Assembly: GCA_048267905.1 (NCBI GenBank)
Contig: JBLWWM010000001.1
Span: forward strand, 123,086-187,085
DNA from: Balneola sp.
Lineage (GTDB): Bacteria; Bacteroidota; Rhodothermia; Balneolales; Balneolaceae
DNA: 64,000 nt
Direction of reading: 5' to 3'
Position numbers and translations under genes: made by a program. The notes beneath the pieces are model-generated. The model searched no databases. It had not been told where the DNA came from and saw nothing but the letters and a program-made list of their open reading frames with translations. Positions 48,063 through 59,528 of the stretch are shown piece after piece (position 1 is the first letter of the stretch; each line of letters begins with the position of its first letter).

Positions 48063-49151
48063 TTATCTGAAGCTAATCCCAATACCTGCGTTTGCGGTAA
48101 AGTAATTAGCCATTGTTGCTTCTCCATAAATTGCAAGAAGCCCTAATCTAATTCTAAAGCCTGCAAGGGCATGGATACTACTTTCACTATCAATGGTTAA
48201 TGAGAAAGGATCTGTTAATACCGCGTAATCATTACCTGGGGTAATTGGGTTATAAGAACTTACAGGGAAGTCACCCTTCATTTTTAATTCGAATGATGCT
48301 TTTTGAAAACCTAAACCAGCATATCCAGAAATAAAAGGAAGGCTTTTACCAACTAAGATATTAGCTACAAAAGTGTTAGTCGTTGTAGTAGTACTTTGGT
48401 CGTCAAAGTTTGGTGTTGGGTTTTGAGTCAATGAAGGATCATTAGGGTCTCTAGTTCCTTCTGGTTGTAAATCAAGATTAGCATTCAAGTCTATTTTATT
48501 AAAACCGAGCATAATGGAAATATCAACGGGTAAAAGTTTTCCACCGGGTACATACTGTGTTAAACTGTGCTTAACAGCGCCACCAATGATAGAAATATCA
48601 CCATAATCACCTAGACCAACTTCAGGAAGGTATCTTAGCGTAAGGTCAGTTTTCTTGATTAAACCAACACCAACCTGAACGATAGGAGCTGGAACATAAG
48701 CGAATCCAGTACCACTTGGCATAGTAAATTCGCCAATTTTGGTGTTTCCTTCCATGATTTCAAGAAGTGGACCGTTATCTTTGCTACCAGCAATGGTTGG
48801 GCTAATTGGATTTTCGCCAGCTGCCACTCTAATTTTACTTAAACCTAATGAAGATATATCAAAAGTTTTATCACTAGATGGAACCACTGCAAGAGAAGGT
48901 CGAATCTGTAAACTAAACCCTAGTAGTTTTTTGGGTGCTGCAGTTTCAGTAAAACCAGCATTTAGACCTGTACCAAATCCTGTTGGGTACGGCTTAAGAT
49001 ATTCTCTAGTAAGTATAGCAGCGTCATCAGCACCTGCTTTTAGAAAAGCACCGATGTCTCCGAATTGAGCTTGTGCAGGTGTTATCAGCACAATCCCTAA
49101 AATCAAACTAGCAAGAAAAGGCTTTATAGCCGTTTTGTAGCATTTTATCAT
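48063..49151 (-). CDS. Exported DUF6588-like (probable outer-membrane barrel) protein
   Basis: Signal peptide (AQA-Q); YLKP...FG.GLNAG, P.VQVGVGL...TDLTLRYLP, G..KHS; terminal GISFR. Confidence 0.6.
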   Translation of the reverse strand: MIKCYKTAIKPFLASLILGIVLITPAQAQFGDIGAFLKAGADDAAILTREYLKPYPTGFGTGLNAGFTETAAPKKLLGFSLQIRPSLAVVPSSDKTFDISSLGLSKIRVAAGENPISPTIAGSKDNGPLLEIMEGNTKIGEFTMPSGTGFAYVPAPIVQVGVGLIKKTDLTLRYLPEVGLGDYGDISIIGGAVKHSLTQYVPGGKLLPVDISIMLGFNKIDLNANLDLQPEGTRDPNDPSLTQNPTPNFDDQSTTTTTNTFVANILVGKSLPFISGYAGLGFQKASFELKMKGDFPVSSYNPITPGNDYAVLTDPFSLTIDSESSIHALAGFRIRLGLLAIYGEATMANYFTANAGIGISFR

Positions 49152-49223
49152 TATGTCTCCTTTTTTTATTTGTTGACTAATATTAGTATTAATTTGAATA
49201 TTTTGTATACCCTTTTTGAGGTA

Positions 49224-50144
49224 TTAAAATTTTTTTGATTCGATAGAATCGAGCATGTTTATGTATGAATTATAACGGTTTACGTCAATTACACCTTCTT
49301 CATACGCCTTAATAACCCCGCAGCCTGGTTCATGGATGTGGGTACAAGTGTTGAATCGGCATCGTTGCCTCGGTTCAAGCATCTCTGGAAAAAAAAGTGA
49401 TAGTTCCCAAGGTTCTATATTTACAAGGCCAAATTCTCTAATGCCAGGGGTATCTACTAAATATCCGCCACTGTTAAGTGGGATGAGTTGGGCAAATGTA
49501 GTGGTATGCTTTCCTTTGTTGGAAGACTCTGATACTACACCCACTTTTAGATTATACTCTGGGTCAATGGTATTTAATAGACTTGTTTTACCTACTCCAG
49601 AAGGGCCAATAAAAGCGGAGGTATTACCAGACAGAGTTTCTTTGAGTTCTTCTAGAGAATCCAAATCTTCGATGCTAGTTAAAAAAACAGGGTACTCTAG
49701 TTTTTCGTACACAGCCAATAAATTGCTCAGAAAGTCGATATCTGATTCTGAGGCCAAATCCATTTTGTTGATAATTATAGCTGGTTTTACATCATAAGCT
49801 TCACAAGTAACGAGGAACCGGTCAATAAATCCTTCCTTTAACTTGGGCTTTTGAATTGATTGAACAACAAATGCATAATCTAAATTTGATACAAGTATGT
49901 GTTCGCCTCTTTTTCCATGTGTTGCTTGGCGAGTAATGTAATTCACTCGGGCGTGAATTTTTTCGATACCGCCAGTACCGTCGTTATTTCTCTTGATATC
50001 AACCAAATCACCTACAGCAACTGGATTTGTAAGCTTTTTATCATTTAGTCTAAATCGACCAGGTAGTCGACAATGAACGAGTTCGCTACCCGTATCTACG
50101 ATGTACCAACTCCCAGTAGACTGAATTACTCTTGCTTGTATCAT
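49224..50144 (-). CDS. rsgA: Ribosome small subunit-dependent GTPase A
   Basis: INKMD, GPSGVGKTS, KGKHTTT, DTPGIR, Zn finger CRFNTCTHIHEPGC. Confidence 0.97.
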   Translation of the reverse strand: MIQARVIQSTGSWYIVDTGSELVHCRLPGRFRLNDKKLTNPVAVGDLVDIKRNNDGTGGIEKIHARVNYITRQATHGKRGEHILVSNLDYAFVVQSIQKPKLKEGFIDRFLVTCEAYDVKPAIIINKMDLASESDIDFLSNLLAVYEKLEYPVFLTSIEDLDSLEELKETLSGNTSAFIGPSGVGKTSLLNTIDPEYNLKVGVVSESSNKGKHTTTFAQLIPLNSGGYLVDTPGIREFGLVNIEPWELSLFFPEMLEPRQRCRFNTCTHIHEPGCGVIKAYEEGVIDVNRYNSYINMLDSIESKKF

Positions 50145-50179
50145 GCTTCTAAAATAAGAAACCTAGTGATTAAAACGAT

Positions 50180-50217
50180 AAAAAAAGCCTGTTCATGATT
50201 TACACAAACAGGCTTTA
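50180..50217 (-). terminator. Rho-independent terminator after lon
   Basis: AAAGCCTGTT...AACAGGCTTT with an A-tract on the + strand. Confidence 0.75.
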
Positions 50218-50239
50218 AAAAATCTAGAATTATAAAGTA

Positions 50240-52765
50240 TTAGTGGCTTGTAACAGTCTCTTGAGCTGGGGTACTTTTTCCCGCAATGGTTGATTTATGC
50301 TGGTCGCTTACTTTAAAAAACTCAACAGGGTCAGTAATTGCGTCTTTTTCTAGAATAATTTCTAATAAGGAATCCATACGTTCAAGGTAGTCTACTTTAA
50401 GACTTCCAATAACGTCTTTTTCAATTTCAGAAACATCTTTCTCATTCTTTTTAGGAAGTAGAACATGTTTTATTCCAGCTCTTTTAGCTGCTAGAACTTT
50501 TTCCTTAATTCCGCCTACTGGTAGAACTAAACCTCTTAATGTAATTTCGCCTGTAAGCGCGATAGAACCTTTAACTTTGCGCTGGGTAAAGATAGAAGCT
50601 ATAGCTGTCATAAGAGAAACACCAGCAGAGGGACCATCCTTTGGAACAGCTCCGGCAGGAACGTGAATGTGTAGGTCCCAGTATTTGAAAGCGTCTTCTG
50701 GAATCCCAGCTTCTTCGGCGTGAGCTTTTAAATAAGATATTGCTAGCATAGCAGACTCTTTCATCACATCACCCAATTGGCCTGTAATATTTAATTTGCC
50801 AGAACCTTTTGAAACACTTGCTTCAATAAAAAGGATGTCGCCCCCAAAAGGAGTCCAAGCTAGGCCTGTAGCCACACCAGGAACGATTGTGCGTTCTGCA
50901 ACATCGCTATAGTACTTTTGTTTGCCTAAGAAATCTTCAACATCATTTTTCTCTACAGAGAATGAGTTAAGCTCACCACCAGCAACTTTAGCAGCTACAC
51001 CACGGCAAACGCTACCAATTTCTCTGTCTAAATTTCTAACGCCGGATTCGCGAGTAAATTCGTCTATAATTTTTTCTATAGACTTGTCAGAAAAAGTAAT
51101 TTGGTCATCATTAAGGCCATTTTCTTTGATTTGTTTAGGAATCAAATACTTCTTGGCGATTTCAGTTTTTTCTTCAAGAGTGTACCCACTGATATTGATA
51201 ATTTCCATACGGTCACGAAGAGGTGCTGGTATAGTATCTAACGAGTTTGCAGTAGCAATAAAAAGAACTTTAGACAAGTCGTACTCAAGTTCTAGATAAT
51301 TATCACTGAACGTATCGTTCTGCTCTGGGTCTAGCACTTCAAGAAGTGCAGAAGTAGGATCACCTCTGAAATCTGAACCTACTTTATCAATCTCATCGAG
51401 CATAATAACAGGGTTTCCTTTACCTGCTTTTTTCATAGAGCGGAGGATTCTTCCAGGAAGAGCTCCAATGTAAGTTCTTCTGTGGCCTCTGATCTCGGCT
51501 TCATCTCTAATTCCACCTAAACTGAACCGTTCAAACTCCCTTCCTAGAGCGCGAGAAATAGATTTTCCAAGAGATGTTTTACCAACCCCTGGAGGGCCAT
51601 AAAAACATAGGATAGGAGCTTTCATATCTTGCTTAAGCTTAAGAACAGCTAAGTATTCAATAATACGCTTCTTCACTTTTTCAAGTCCGTAATGATCTTC
51701 TTCCAAAACTTGTTTGGCATAAGCCAAATCTAAACGATCTTCAGAATATTCATCCCAAGGCAGATCTAAAATCCATTCCAAATAGCTATGAATGATTCCA
51801 TAATTTGGGGATGCATTAGGAGTCATTTCTAAACGCCTTAGTTCCTTATCTGCTTCCTTTTGAGCATATTCGGGAAGCTTTTTGTTAGCTAAGCGCTCTT
51901 TAATTTTTTCTACTTCTTGATGTTCCGCATCTTCGCCCAATTCTTCCTGAATGGCTTTCATTTGTTGGCGAAGGTAGAACTCTCTTTGTTGATCATCGAT
52001 ATCAGACTTTACTTTAGTGCGAATTTTTTCGCTCATGTCTAATACTTGAACTTCTTTTTCAAGGTGTTCCATTACTGAATCAAGATTTTTAGAGAAGGTC
52101 TTAATTTCAAGCAATCCTTGTTTTTCATTTGAACCAACATTCAAGTTTGAAGAAATGAAATTCAGTAAAAAAGAGGGGCTGTTAATATTATTTACAGCAA
52201 TAGTTGCTTCAGTAGGAATATTTGGAGACATATTAATAATACGGGTAGCAGTCTCTTTAATATTTCTGATGGAAGCATCAAGTTCTAAGCCTTGAATATC
52301 CATCTCTTTGGGGTAAGCCTTTACATCAGCTTTGAAATAAGGGTTTTCTTGTTTGAACTCTGAAACTTCAAAAGAGGTTTTTCCTTGAATAACAATAGTT
52401 TTAGAGCCGTCCGGCATTTTAATCAACTTAATGATTTTTGCCATTGTGCCTATGGTGTATAGATCGGATGCATTAGGTTCCTCAATATCTTCATCTTTCT
52501 GCGTTACTACACCAATTATCTTGTCGGTAGCGTACGCTTCTTTAACCAAAGCTAGAGATCGATCTCTGCCAACGGTAATAGGAACTACCACTCCAGGAAA
52601 AAGAACAGTATTTTTTAAGGGTAAAATTGGGAGTGAGTTTGGAACTACTGAGTCATATAACTCTTGTTCTTCTTCTTCAGACATTAATGGAATTGCCTGC
52701 TCAAAATCTTCAAATTCATCTTCTGAATCACTTAGCTCATTGAATATGTTAAAGCGGTCTTTCAT
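50240..52765 (-). CDS. lon: Lon ATP-dependent protease
   Basis: LPILPLKNTVLFP, DHYGLEKVK, GPPGVGKTS, LDEIDK, PKDGPSAG (Ser), GGIKEK (Lys). Confidence 0.98.
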   Translation of the reverse strand: MKDRFNIFNELSDSEDEFEDFEQAIPLMSEEEEQELYDSVVPNSLPILPLKNTVLFPGVVVPITVGRDRSLALVKEAYATDKIIGVVTQKDEDIEEPNASDLYTIGTMAKIIKLIKMPDGSKTIVIQGKTSFEVSEFKQENPYFKADVKAYPKEMDIQGLELDASIRNIKETATRIINMSPNIPTEATIAVNNINSPSFLLNFISSNLNVGSNEKQGLLEIKTFSKNLDSVMEHLEKEVQVLDMSEKIRTKVKSDIDDQQREFYLRQQMKAIQEELGEDAEHQEVEKIKERLANKKLPEYAQKEADKELRRLEMTPNASPNYGIIHSYLEWILDLPWDEYSEDRLDLAYAKQVLEEDHYGLEKVKKRIIEYLAVLKLKQDMKAPILCFYGPPGVGKTSLGKSISRALGREFERFSLGGIRDEAEIRGHRRTYIGALPGRILRSMKKAGKGNPVIMLDEIDKVGSDFRGDPTSALLEVLDPEQNDTFSDNYLELEYDLSKVLFIATANSLDTIPAPLRDRMEIINISGYTLEEKTEIAKKYLIPKQIKENGLNDDQITFSDKSIEKIIDEFTRESGVRNLDREIGSVCRGVAAKVAGGELNSFSVEKNDVEDFLGKQKYYSDVAERTIVPGVATGLAWTPFGGDILFIEASVSKGSGKLNITGQLGDVMKESAMLAISYLKAHAEEAGIPEDAFKYWDLHIHVPAGAVPKDGPSAGVSLMTAIASIFTQRKVKGSIALTGEITLRGLVLPVGGIKEKVLAAKRAGIKHVLLPKKNEKDVSEIEKDVIGSLKVDYLERMDSLLEIILEKDAITDPVEFFKVSDQHKSTIAGKSTPAQETVTSH

Positions 52766-52890
52766 AAATATTATTAAAATCGAATTTTATACTTTTGCTT
52801 AGTTACGCAAATACGAAGCCAAACTTGAAGCTGAAACAAAGCGTCATATATTTTAGTTCTATGACAGCAAAGTAAGGCAAACTGACAGTG

Positions 52891-54441
52891 TTACAAATGA
52901 AATTGCAATGCAGCTACGGTTACACCTGCAAAGACAGTGTTTGAGCCTAATGAGCTTGTAGATAGCTGTGTAGCAAGCGATAGATCCCAAAACCGTGTTT
53001 CAATTGCAGTTCCAAAACTGATGAAACCAGGGAGTTCTGAGGCTAGTTGCATTCCTGTTCTAAGTGGCAGAAATTTTAGAATCCTTAATTCAGCACCCAT
53101 AGAAGCAATTATTTTTTTTGAATTAAATGCGTTATTGGTGAGCCCCATGCTGACGTCGCCAGATAATTTTATACGATTTAATTCAAGCATAACACCGCCA
53201 TGAATGGCAGTAGGAAGAAGCACTGAAAATGTATTAGAGGTAGCATTAAAACTCTGAAAAGGATTACCTTCTCCATACTGATCTACATATTGGAGGAATT
53301 GCCCGGGAGCGCCAACAAAAGCATCATTTGCACTGCTTGGGAAGGAACTAGCAATTGTTGTGTCTTTACCAGATGTGTACTCAATTCCTTTGTCTTTATA
53401 TGACACAAACCCGATATCGGTTATTGAGAAAGCAATACGTAGTGACTTTCGGGTTTGTTGAACTCTTGGTTGTAAAGTCGAAAGATCACTACCAATAGTA
53501 AGCAAGTAAGTAAAACCAATATCTAGTCCAGCTCCAACTCCATAAATATCGAAAGCTTGATTACTGATGGGATTGATATTATTTCGAATAGCTTGGTCGG
53601 CTGAGGTACCTGAAAGAAACTCAGAGGTGGCGTCACTGAAATTACCAGCCGCAGAATACTCAAAATTCTGGAGCCGGTTAATTTCATTTGAATTAGAATC
53701 TTGTTTGTAGACATTTTGCCAGCTTGCGTTTTGATAAGAACCACCCAATACTAGCTTGGGTGCAATACCAACAATAAAATTATCAATTCTAGAACTCATT
53801 CCATTAAAGAAACTCATTGATTCGGCATAGCCAAAGGAAACCTCATGAAGCGTTTGATACCGATGCTTTAAAGTCTGGTTGCTAATAACGGTTCCCTCTG
53901 TAGTTACAGGAATATCGGTGTACCAATTTCTTCCAACTTCAAAACTAGATGAAGTACGAGTTCTAAATGCTAATGAGAAAGCCTTTTGATCTTTTTTCCA
54001 GTGAATACCAAAAAGCGTGGATTCTAGTCTGGATTGATGAGGGGAGGTGAGCTTATCTTTATCATAATTATTCTCAATAATCTCTGCTTTATCAAGCCCA
54101 GTAATAGTATAATTTCCAGGTTTATATCGAGTTAGATAATCTTCGAAATTTTTACGTTGATTATCAAGATTGCTGAAGCTTTGTACGGGGATGAAATAAG
54201 AACCCGTAATAAGGAACCCGAAATCAACTTCACCTTTTCTGTCTTTAATTAGAAGGTTTGCGGGATTGTAGAAATTGGCGTTATAGTCTGTAATGTACGT
54301 ACTTCCACCTCCACCAAGCGCTATATTTCTTGGTGTTAAAACTGGTTGTGCATAACCAGTACATAGTGTTACCAGCCCAATAAAAATGGTAAATAAAACT
54401 GACCGCATAATAAATGTGGAATTTCCCGTCCTTCTAATCAA
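52891..54441 (-). CDS. DUF5723-like outer membrane protein
   Basis: Signal peptide; NFYNPANL, G.G.DIGFTY, SITDIGF..Y, LPTAIH, amphipathic C-terminal strands ending QFHL. Confidence 0.6.
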   Translation of the reverse strand: MIRRTGNSTFIMRSVLFTIFIGLVTLCTGYAQPVLTPRNIALGGGGSTYITDYNANFYNPANLLIKDRKGEVDFGFLITGSYFIPVQSFSNLDNQRKNFEDYLTRYKPGNYTITGLDKAEIIENNYDKDKLTSPHQSRLESTLFGIHWKKDQKAFSLAFRTRTSSSFEVGRNWYTDIPVTTEGTVISNQTLKHRYQTLHEVSFGYAESMSFFNGMSSRIDNFIVGIAPKLVLGGSYQNASWQNVYKQDSNSNEINRLQNFEYSAAGNFSDATSEFLSGTSADQAIRNNINPISNQAFDIYGVGAGLDIGFTYLLTIGSDLSTLQPRVQQTRKSLRIAFSITDIGFVSYKDKGIEYTSGKDTTIASSFPSSANDAFVGAPGQFLQYVDQYGEGNPFQSFNATSNTFSVLLPTAIHGGVMLELNRIKLSGDVSMGLTNNAFNSKKIIASMGAELRILKFLPLRTGMQLASELPGFISFGTAIETRFWDLSLATQLSTSSLGSNTVFAGVTVAALQFHL

Positions 54442-56728
54442 TAACCTGTATGGGTGCTGCTTTAAGCATTAACTTTTTTTGTCCTCGTTCCTTGAAAAAT
54501 ACGACAACTTTACTATCCAATCCTAATCCGCTCCGGCTAATGATTTTCCCAACTCCGAATTTTGCGTGAACTACGCGAACTCCAACTTGGAAAGGATCAC
54601 CACCATCAGAGTAATCATAATGTATGGTTGTGGACGAGGGAGATTTACTACTAACGGGTTTATCCCAATCATATTCTATATTAGTTGTAGAGGAAGTAGA
54701 TTTTGACTTGGGCTCATCTAAAGAATATCTATCGGACCGTTGAGAAATGGTTGCTCCTGTCTCTGTCCGAACTACACCTGGGTTAACTTCATCCAGAAAA
54801 CGAGATCTAAGTTGGCGTTGTTCTTCACCAAATTTGTAGCGTGATCTGCAGTGACTGAAGTACAGTCTTTCTTCGGCACGAGTTATAGCAACGTAAAATA
54901 AGCGGCGTTCTTCCTCAATATCTGCAGAAAAACCCTCACGCCCTCCAACAGGAAAAAGATTCTCTTCTAAACCAACCACAAACACCACTGGAAACTCAAG
55001 TCCTTTTGAAGCATGAACGGTCATTAGTGTAATAGCTGGTTTATTTTCGTCAAACTTATCGCTATCAGTAATGAGACTAATTTCTTGCAAAAATGCACTT
55101 AAAGAAGGTTTTTTACTTCCTTTCTCGTAATAGGATATTGCATTCTGAAGTTCCAAAATGTTATCACGGCGCATCATTGATTCTTGCGAATTTTCTTCAA
55201 CTAACGCTTTCATATATCCAGATTGTTCTAGAACATTTCGGGTAATTTCTTTTAAAGTACGATGGCCATGTTCAAGATCATTTCGTAAACGAGTAATCAT
55301 ATCTACAAATTCACGAATACGAACTTTGGCAGGTTTGTACACATCTGAGCTTTCTACATGCTCCAGAATAGACCAAACGGAACGACCTTCACTTCGAGCT
55401 TTTTTCCGAAGATCTTGAATCGATTTATTGCCAATTCCACGAGAGGGCTCGTTTATAATTCTAACAAGGTTAGTTTCATCATGAGGATTAACTAAAAGCG
55501 TAAGGTAGGCAAGGACATCTTTTATCTCTTTACGTTGATAGAATGACAAACCACCTACAAGTTGATAGGTAAGATCTCTACGACGAAGAGCTTCTTCAAA
55601 AACGCGCGACTGATAATTGGTACGGTATAAAATTGCGAACTTGTTGTTTTTGTAACCATGTCTAAGCTTCAAGTCATAAATATAGCTAGCAACACGATTG
55701 GCTTCATCGCGTTCGTCAAAATTATCGAGAACTACTACAGGGTCACCAGCACTTTTATCTGTCCAAAGTGTTTTATCTAGCTGATTTGTGTTCCTTTTGA
55801 TGATAGAATCGGCACACATCAAAATAGATTTAGTAGAGCGATAGTTTTGCTCTAGAGGAACTTGGGTAGCTTTATCGTAATCTTGCTGAAAGTTGAGAAT
55901 ATTAGCAATATCAGCTCCACGAAACGAGTAAATACTTTGGGCATCATCACCAACCACACAGATGTTTTTGTATTTCTCGCCCAACATTTTCGTCACTTTA
56001 TATTGGGCGTGGTTTGTATCCTGATACTCATCAATAAGAATATATTTGAAGCGATCTTGATAAGCTTCAAGCACCTCTGGAAATTTCTCGAAAAGTTCGA
56101 TTGGTTTGATGAGCAAATCATCAAAATCCATTGCATTACTTTGTTTTAAACGCTTTAGATAAATAGTATAAACACGTGCAGTGATATCATCTAGGGTACT
56201 TCCAATAAATTTCTCTTGGTAATACTCAGGTGTGATAAGTTGATTCTTAGCATCACTAATCTTATTCCGAATAGTTTTGGGTTTAATTTCTTTCGGATCG
56301 AAATTGAGTTCTTGTAGAATCTGTTTAACAACCGTTTCAGAGTCGCTTGTATCATAGATAGTGAAATCTTTTCCGTAACCAAGTTTATCCGCTTCAAAAC
56401 GTAAGATTTTGGAAAAAATGGAGTGAAATGTACCCATCCAAAGCTTTTGAGCTTTATCGCCAATAAGGTTGCGAATGCGATCTTTCATTTCACGCGCTGC
56501 TTTATTGGTAAAAGTAAGCGAAAGAATTTCGTTAGGAGCAGCTTTAAACTGTTGCAGTAAATAAGCAATACGATAGGTAAGCACACGGGTTTTACCTGAT
56601 CCTGCGCCTGCAATGATCAAAAGAGGACCGTCAGTGTGGGAAACAGCTTTGCGTTGCTGTTCGTTTAAGCCTTTTAAGAGGTCTTGATTGTTTTGAGGCT
56701 CTTCAGCTTGTAATGAAAATGTCTTCAT
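54434..56728 (-). CDS. uvrD: UvrD/PcrA ATP-dependent DNA helicase
   Basis: LNEQQ, AGAGSGKT, TFTNKAA, IDEYQDTN, GDDAQSIY, EQNYRS, TVHASKGLEF, EEERRLFYVAITRA; C-terminal Tudor-like domain. Confidence 0.95.
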   Translation of the reverse strand: MKTFSLQAEEPQNNQDLLKGLNEQQRKAVSHTDGPLLIIAGAGSGKTRVLTYRIAYLLQQFKAAPNEILSLTFTNKAAREMKDRIRNLIGDKAQKLWMGTFHSIFSKILRFEADKLGYGKDFTIYDTSDSETVVKQILQELNFDPKEIKPKTIRNKISDAKNQLITPEYYQEKFIGSTLDDITARVYTIYLKRLKQSNAMDFDDLLIKPIELFEKFPEVLEAYQDRFKYILIDEYQDTNHAQYKVTKMLGEKYKNICVVGDDAQSIYSFRGADIANILNFQQDYDKATQVPLEQNYRSTKSILMCADSIIKRNTNQLDKTLWTDKSAGDPVVVLDNFDERDEANRVASYIYDLKLRHGYKNNKFAILYRTNYQSRVFEEALRRRDLTYQLVGGLSFYQRKEIKDVLAYLTLLVNPHDETNLVRIINEPSRGIGNKSIQDLRKKARSEGRSVWSILEHVESSDVYKPAKVRIREFVDMITRLRNDLEHGHRTLKEITRNVLEQSGYMKALVEENSQESMMRRDNILELQNAISYYEKGSKKPSLSAFLQEISLITDSDKFDENKPAITLMTVHASKGLEFPVVFVVGLEENLFPVGGREGFSADIEEERRLFYVAITRAEERLYFSHCRSRYKFGEEQRQLRSRFLDEVNPGVVRTETGATISQRSDRYSLDEPKSKSTSSTTNIEYDWDKPVSSKSPSSTTIHYDYSDGGDPFQVGVRVVHAKFGVGKIISRSGLGLDSKVVVFFKERGQKKLMLKAAPIQVID

Positions 56729-56837
56729 AGGAAAAATTTCTCGAGAGTACCTAAAAATATGGCACTCTTTTAGTCTGGAATAATTAGATAAGATACATCC
56801 AATTATTCCAGTTCAAAAAGTATAGATAACGAAAGTG

Positions 56838-59528
56838 TTATTCGAAATCTCGAAGTTGTTGTATGAGCTTTTCTAAATTGGCTTCGCCATCACGTTTTTT
56901 GTTGCGCTCATTTTGAACAACTTGCTCGGGAGCACTTCCAACAAAACGTTCGTTATTTAGCTTGCCATTCACTTGCTTCAAAAAACCTTCAATTCTGGTA
57001 ATTTCCTTTTGAAGGCGTTCTTTTTCTTTGTCTACATCAATAAGGCCAACAAGGGGAACAAACACTTCCAAGTTACCAACAATAGCTGATGAACTAGCTT
57101 TTGGTTTTTCTAGATTGGCTTCAATGGTTAAACTTTCAAGCGATTGAAGTTTGCTTAGAATCCAGCTGTTTTGAGTGATTGAATTTTGCAACTCCTCGTT
57201 AGACGGCTTAATAAGAACTTCTAACTCGGTTTTTGGAGAAACGCCCATTTCGGCACGGATATTTCTTAATGCTGAAACCGTTAGTTGAAGAGTTTCGAAT
57301 AGCTTTACGTCGTCGGCATTATCGAAACTTGTATCATATGTAGGCCAGTTGGCAACGCATAAAGCATCTTCTGGTTTACGTTCTGAAATGTACTGCCAAA
57401 TCTCTTCGCTTATAAATGGCATAAAAGGGTGGAGGAGTTTCATCAACTGCTCAAAAATACCCAAAGCAACATTCATTTTGTTGGTATCAAACTTATCGCC
57501 GTAAGTGTCGGGTTTTGCAAGTTCGATGTACCAGTCACAGAAATCATCCCAAATTAAAGAATACACTTTTTTGAGAGCATCGTTTAAACGATAGTTCTGA
57601 AAGTCTTCTTCAACATCTTTTATGGTTTGATGAACACGAGCCATCATCCAACGATCTACAAGATTCTCAGAATCGATATTTGTAGTTGGAGTATATTCGG
57701 TGCCTTCTTCCATGTTCATGGTTAGAAAACGGAAAGCATTCCAGATTTTGTTCGAAAACTTACTTCCTTGCTCGCAAAGTTTATCCTCGAAGGGAAGATC
57801 GTTCCCAGCTGGTGTGGCAAAAAGCATTCCCATACGAACGCCATCGGCACCGTATTGAGTAATTAAATCCAATGGGTCAGGAGAGTTACCTAAACTCTTG
57901 CTCATTTTTCGACCAAGTTGATCACGAACAATTCCAGTGTAATACACGTTTTTGAACGGCAACTCGCCTCTATATTCGTAACCTGCAATAATCATACGTG
58001 CTACCCAAAAGAACATGATTTCTGGAGCGGTAACTAAGTCATTGGTTGGATAGTAATAATCAACTTCTTTTTTACTATAAAAACCGTCGAACACAGAAAT
58101 TGGCCACAACCAAGAGGAAAACCATGTATCGAGTACGTCTTCTTCTTGCTTCAAGTCAGCAGAAGTTAAGCTTGTATTGCCAGATTTATCCTTGGCAAAC
58201 TGAAGAGCTTGTTCAATTGTTTTAGCTACTACAAAATCATTTTCGCCTTCACCATAATAAAAAGCAGGAATTCGATGTCCCCACCAAAGCTGACGGCTAA
58301 TGCACCAATCGCGTACATTTTCCATCCAATGACGGTAGGTGTTTTTAAATTTAGGAGGATGGAAGTGGATGTTATCATTCATCACGTTTTCCAAAGCAGG
58401 CTCACTCAATTCTTTCATAGAAACCCACCACTGAAGTGATAAGCGAGGTTCTATGACAACATCGGTACGTTCTGAATATCCAACTTTGTTAGTGTAGTCT
58501 TCAGTTTTTACAAGATGACCAGCAGTTTCAAGGTCTTTTGAGATTTGCTTACGAACTTCAAAGCGATCTAAACCAACGTAGAGAATTCCTTCTGGGCTAA
58601 TAGTTCCATCAGCATTCATAATGTTGATGGTTTCAAGCTGGTGCTTTTGACCTAAGTTGTAATCGTTTTCATCGTGAGCTGGAGTTACTTTTAAACAGCC
58701 CGTACCAAATTCCATTTCTACATATTCATCTAGAATAATAGGAACTTCACGATTTATAAGTGGAACAATCGCTTTTTTACCATGCAGATGAGTATATCGT
58801 TCGTCATCTGGATGAATACAAATTGCGGTATCACCTAAAATTGTTTCAGGTCGGGTAGTGGCGATGGTAACAAACTCGTTGTCACTTCCAGCGATATTGT
58901 AGCGAACGTGATAAAGCTTGGAATTTACTTCCTTGTGGATTACTTCCTCGTCGCTCAAAGCTGTTAAGGCAGATGGATCCCAATTTACCATTCGTGCACC
59001 GCGATAAATCTTTCCTTTATTATACAAATCAATAAAGGTATCGATAACGCTTTCAGAGTATTTTTCATCCATGGTGAAAGTAGTACGGTCCCAATCGCAA
59101 CTTGCACCTAATTTCTTAAGCTGTTCTAGGATGATTCCACCATGTTTGTGGGTCCAATCCCAAGCGTGTTCTAGAAACTCGTCTCTAGTTAAATCTCTTT
59201 TTTTGATGCCTTCTTCACGAAGTTTACGAACAACTTTTGCTTCGGTAGCAATAGAAGCATGATCTGTTCCTGGAACCCAACAAGCATTAAAACCTTGCAT
59301 ACGTGCCTTACGAACCAATACATCTTGAATGGTGTTATTAAGCATGTGTCCCATGTGGAGCACGCCAGTTACGTTGGGTGGGGGAATGACAACAGTATAA
59401 GGCTCACGCTCGTCTGGCGTTGAATGGAAATACTTATGTTCCATCCAGTAGCTGTACCATTTATCCTCAACTTGTGTAGGATCGTATTGTGCAGGAATTT
59501 CTTTTTTCAAATCTTGTTTATTTGCCAC
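56838..59528 (-). CDS. valS: Valine--tRNA ligase
   Basis: PPPNVTGVLHMGH, WCISRQLWWGHRIP, DVLDTWFSS, KMSKS, C-terminal coiled coil; GTG start. Confidence 0.99.
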   Translation of the reverse strand: MANKQDLKKEIPAQYDPTQVEDKWYSYWMEHKYFHSTPDEREPYTVVIPPPNVTGVLHMGHMLNNTIQDVLVRKARMQGFNACWVPGTDHASIATEAKVVRKLREEGIKKRDLTRDEFLEHAWDWTHKHGGIILEQLKKLGASCDWDRTTFTMDEKYSESVIDTFIDLYNKGKIYRGARMVNWDPSALTALSDEEVIHKEVNSKLYHVRYNIAGSDNEFVTIATTRPETILGDTAICIHPDDERYTHLHGKKAIVPLINREVPIILDEYVEMEFGTGCLKVTPAHDENDYNLGQKHQLETINIMNADGTISPEGILYVGLDRFEVRKQISKDLETAGHLVKTEDYTNKVGYSERTDVVIEPRLSLQWWVSMKELSEPALENVMNDNIHFHPPKFKNTYRHWMENVRDWCISRQLWWGHRIPAFYYGEGENDFVVAKTIEQALQFAKDKSGNTSLTSADLKQEEDVLDTWFSSWLWPISVFDGFYSKKEVDYYYPTNDLVTAPEIMFFWVARMIIAGYEYRGELPFKNVYYTGIVRDQLGRKMSKSLGNSPDPLDLITQYGADGVRMGMLFATPAGNDLPFEDKLCEQGSKFSNKIWNAFRFLTMNMEEGTEYTPTTNIDSENLVDRWMMARVHQTIKDVEEDFQNYRLNDALKKVYSLIWDDFCDWYIELAKPDTYGDKFDTNKMNVALGIFEQLMKLLHPFMPFISEEIWQYISERKPEDALCVANWPTYDTSFDNADDVKLFETLQLTVSALRNIRAEMGVSPKTELEVLIKPSNEELQNSITQNSWILSKLQSLESLTIEANLEKPKASSSAIVGNLEVFVPLVGLIDVDKEKERLQKEITRIEGFLKQVNGKLNNERFVGSAPEQVVQNERNKKRDGEANLEKLIQQLRDFE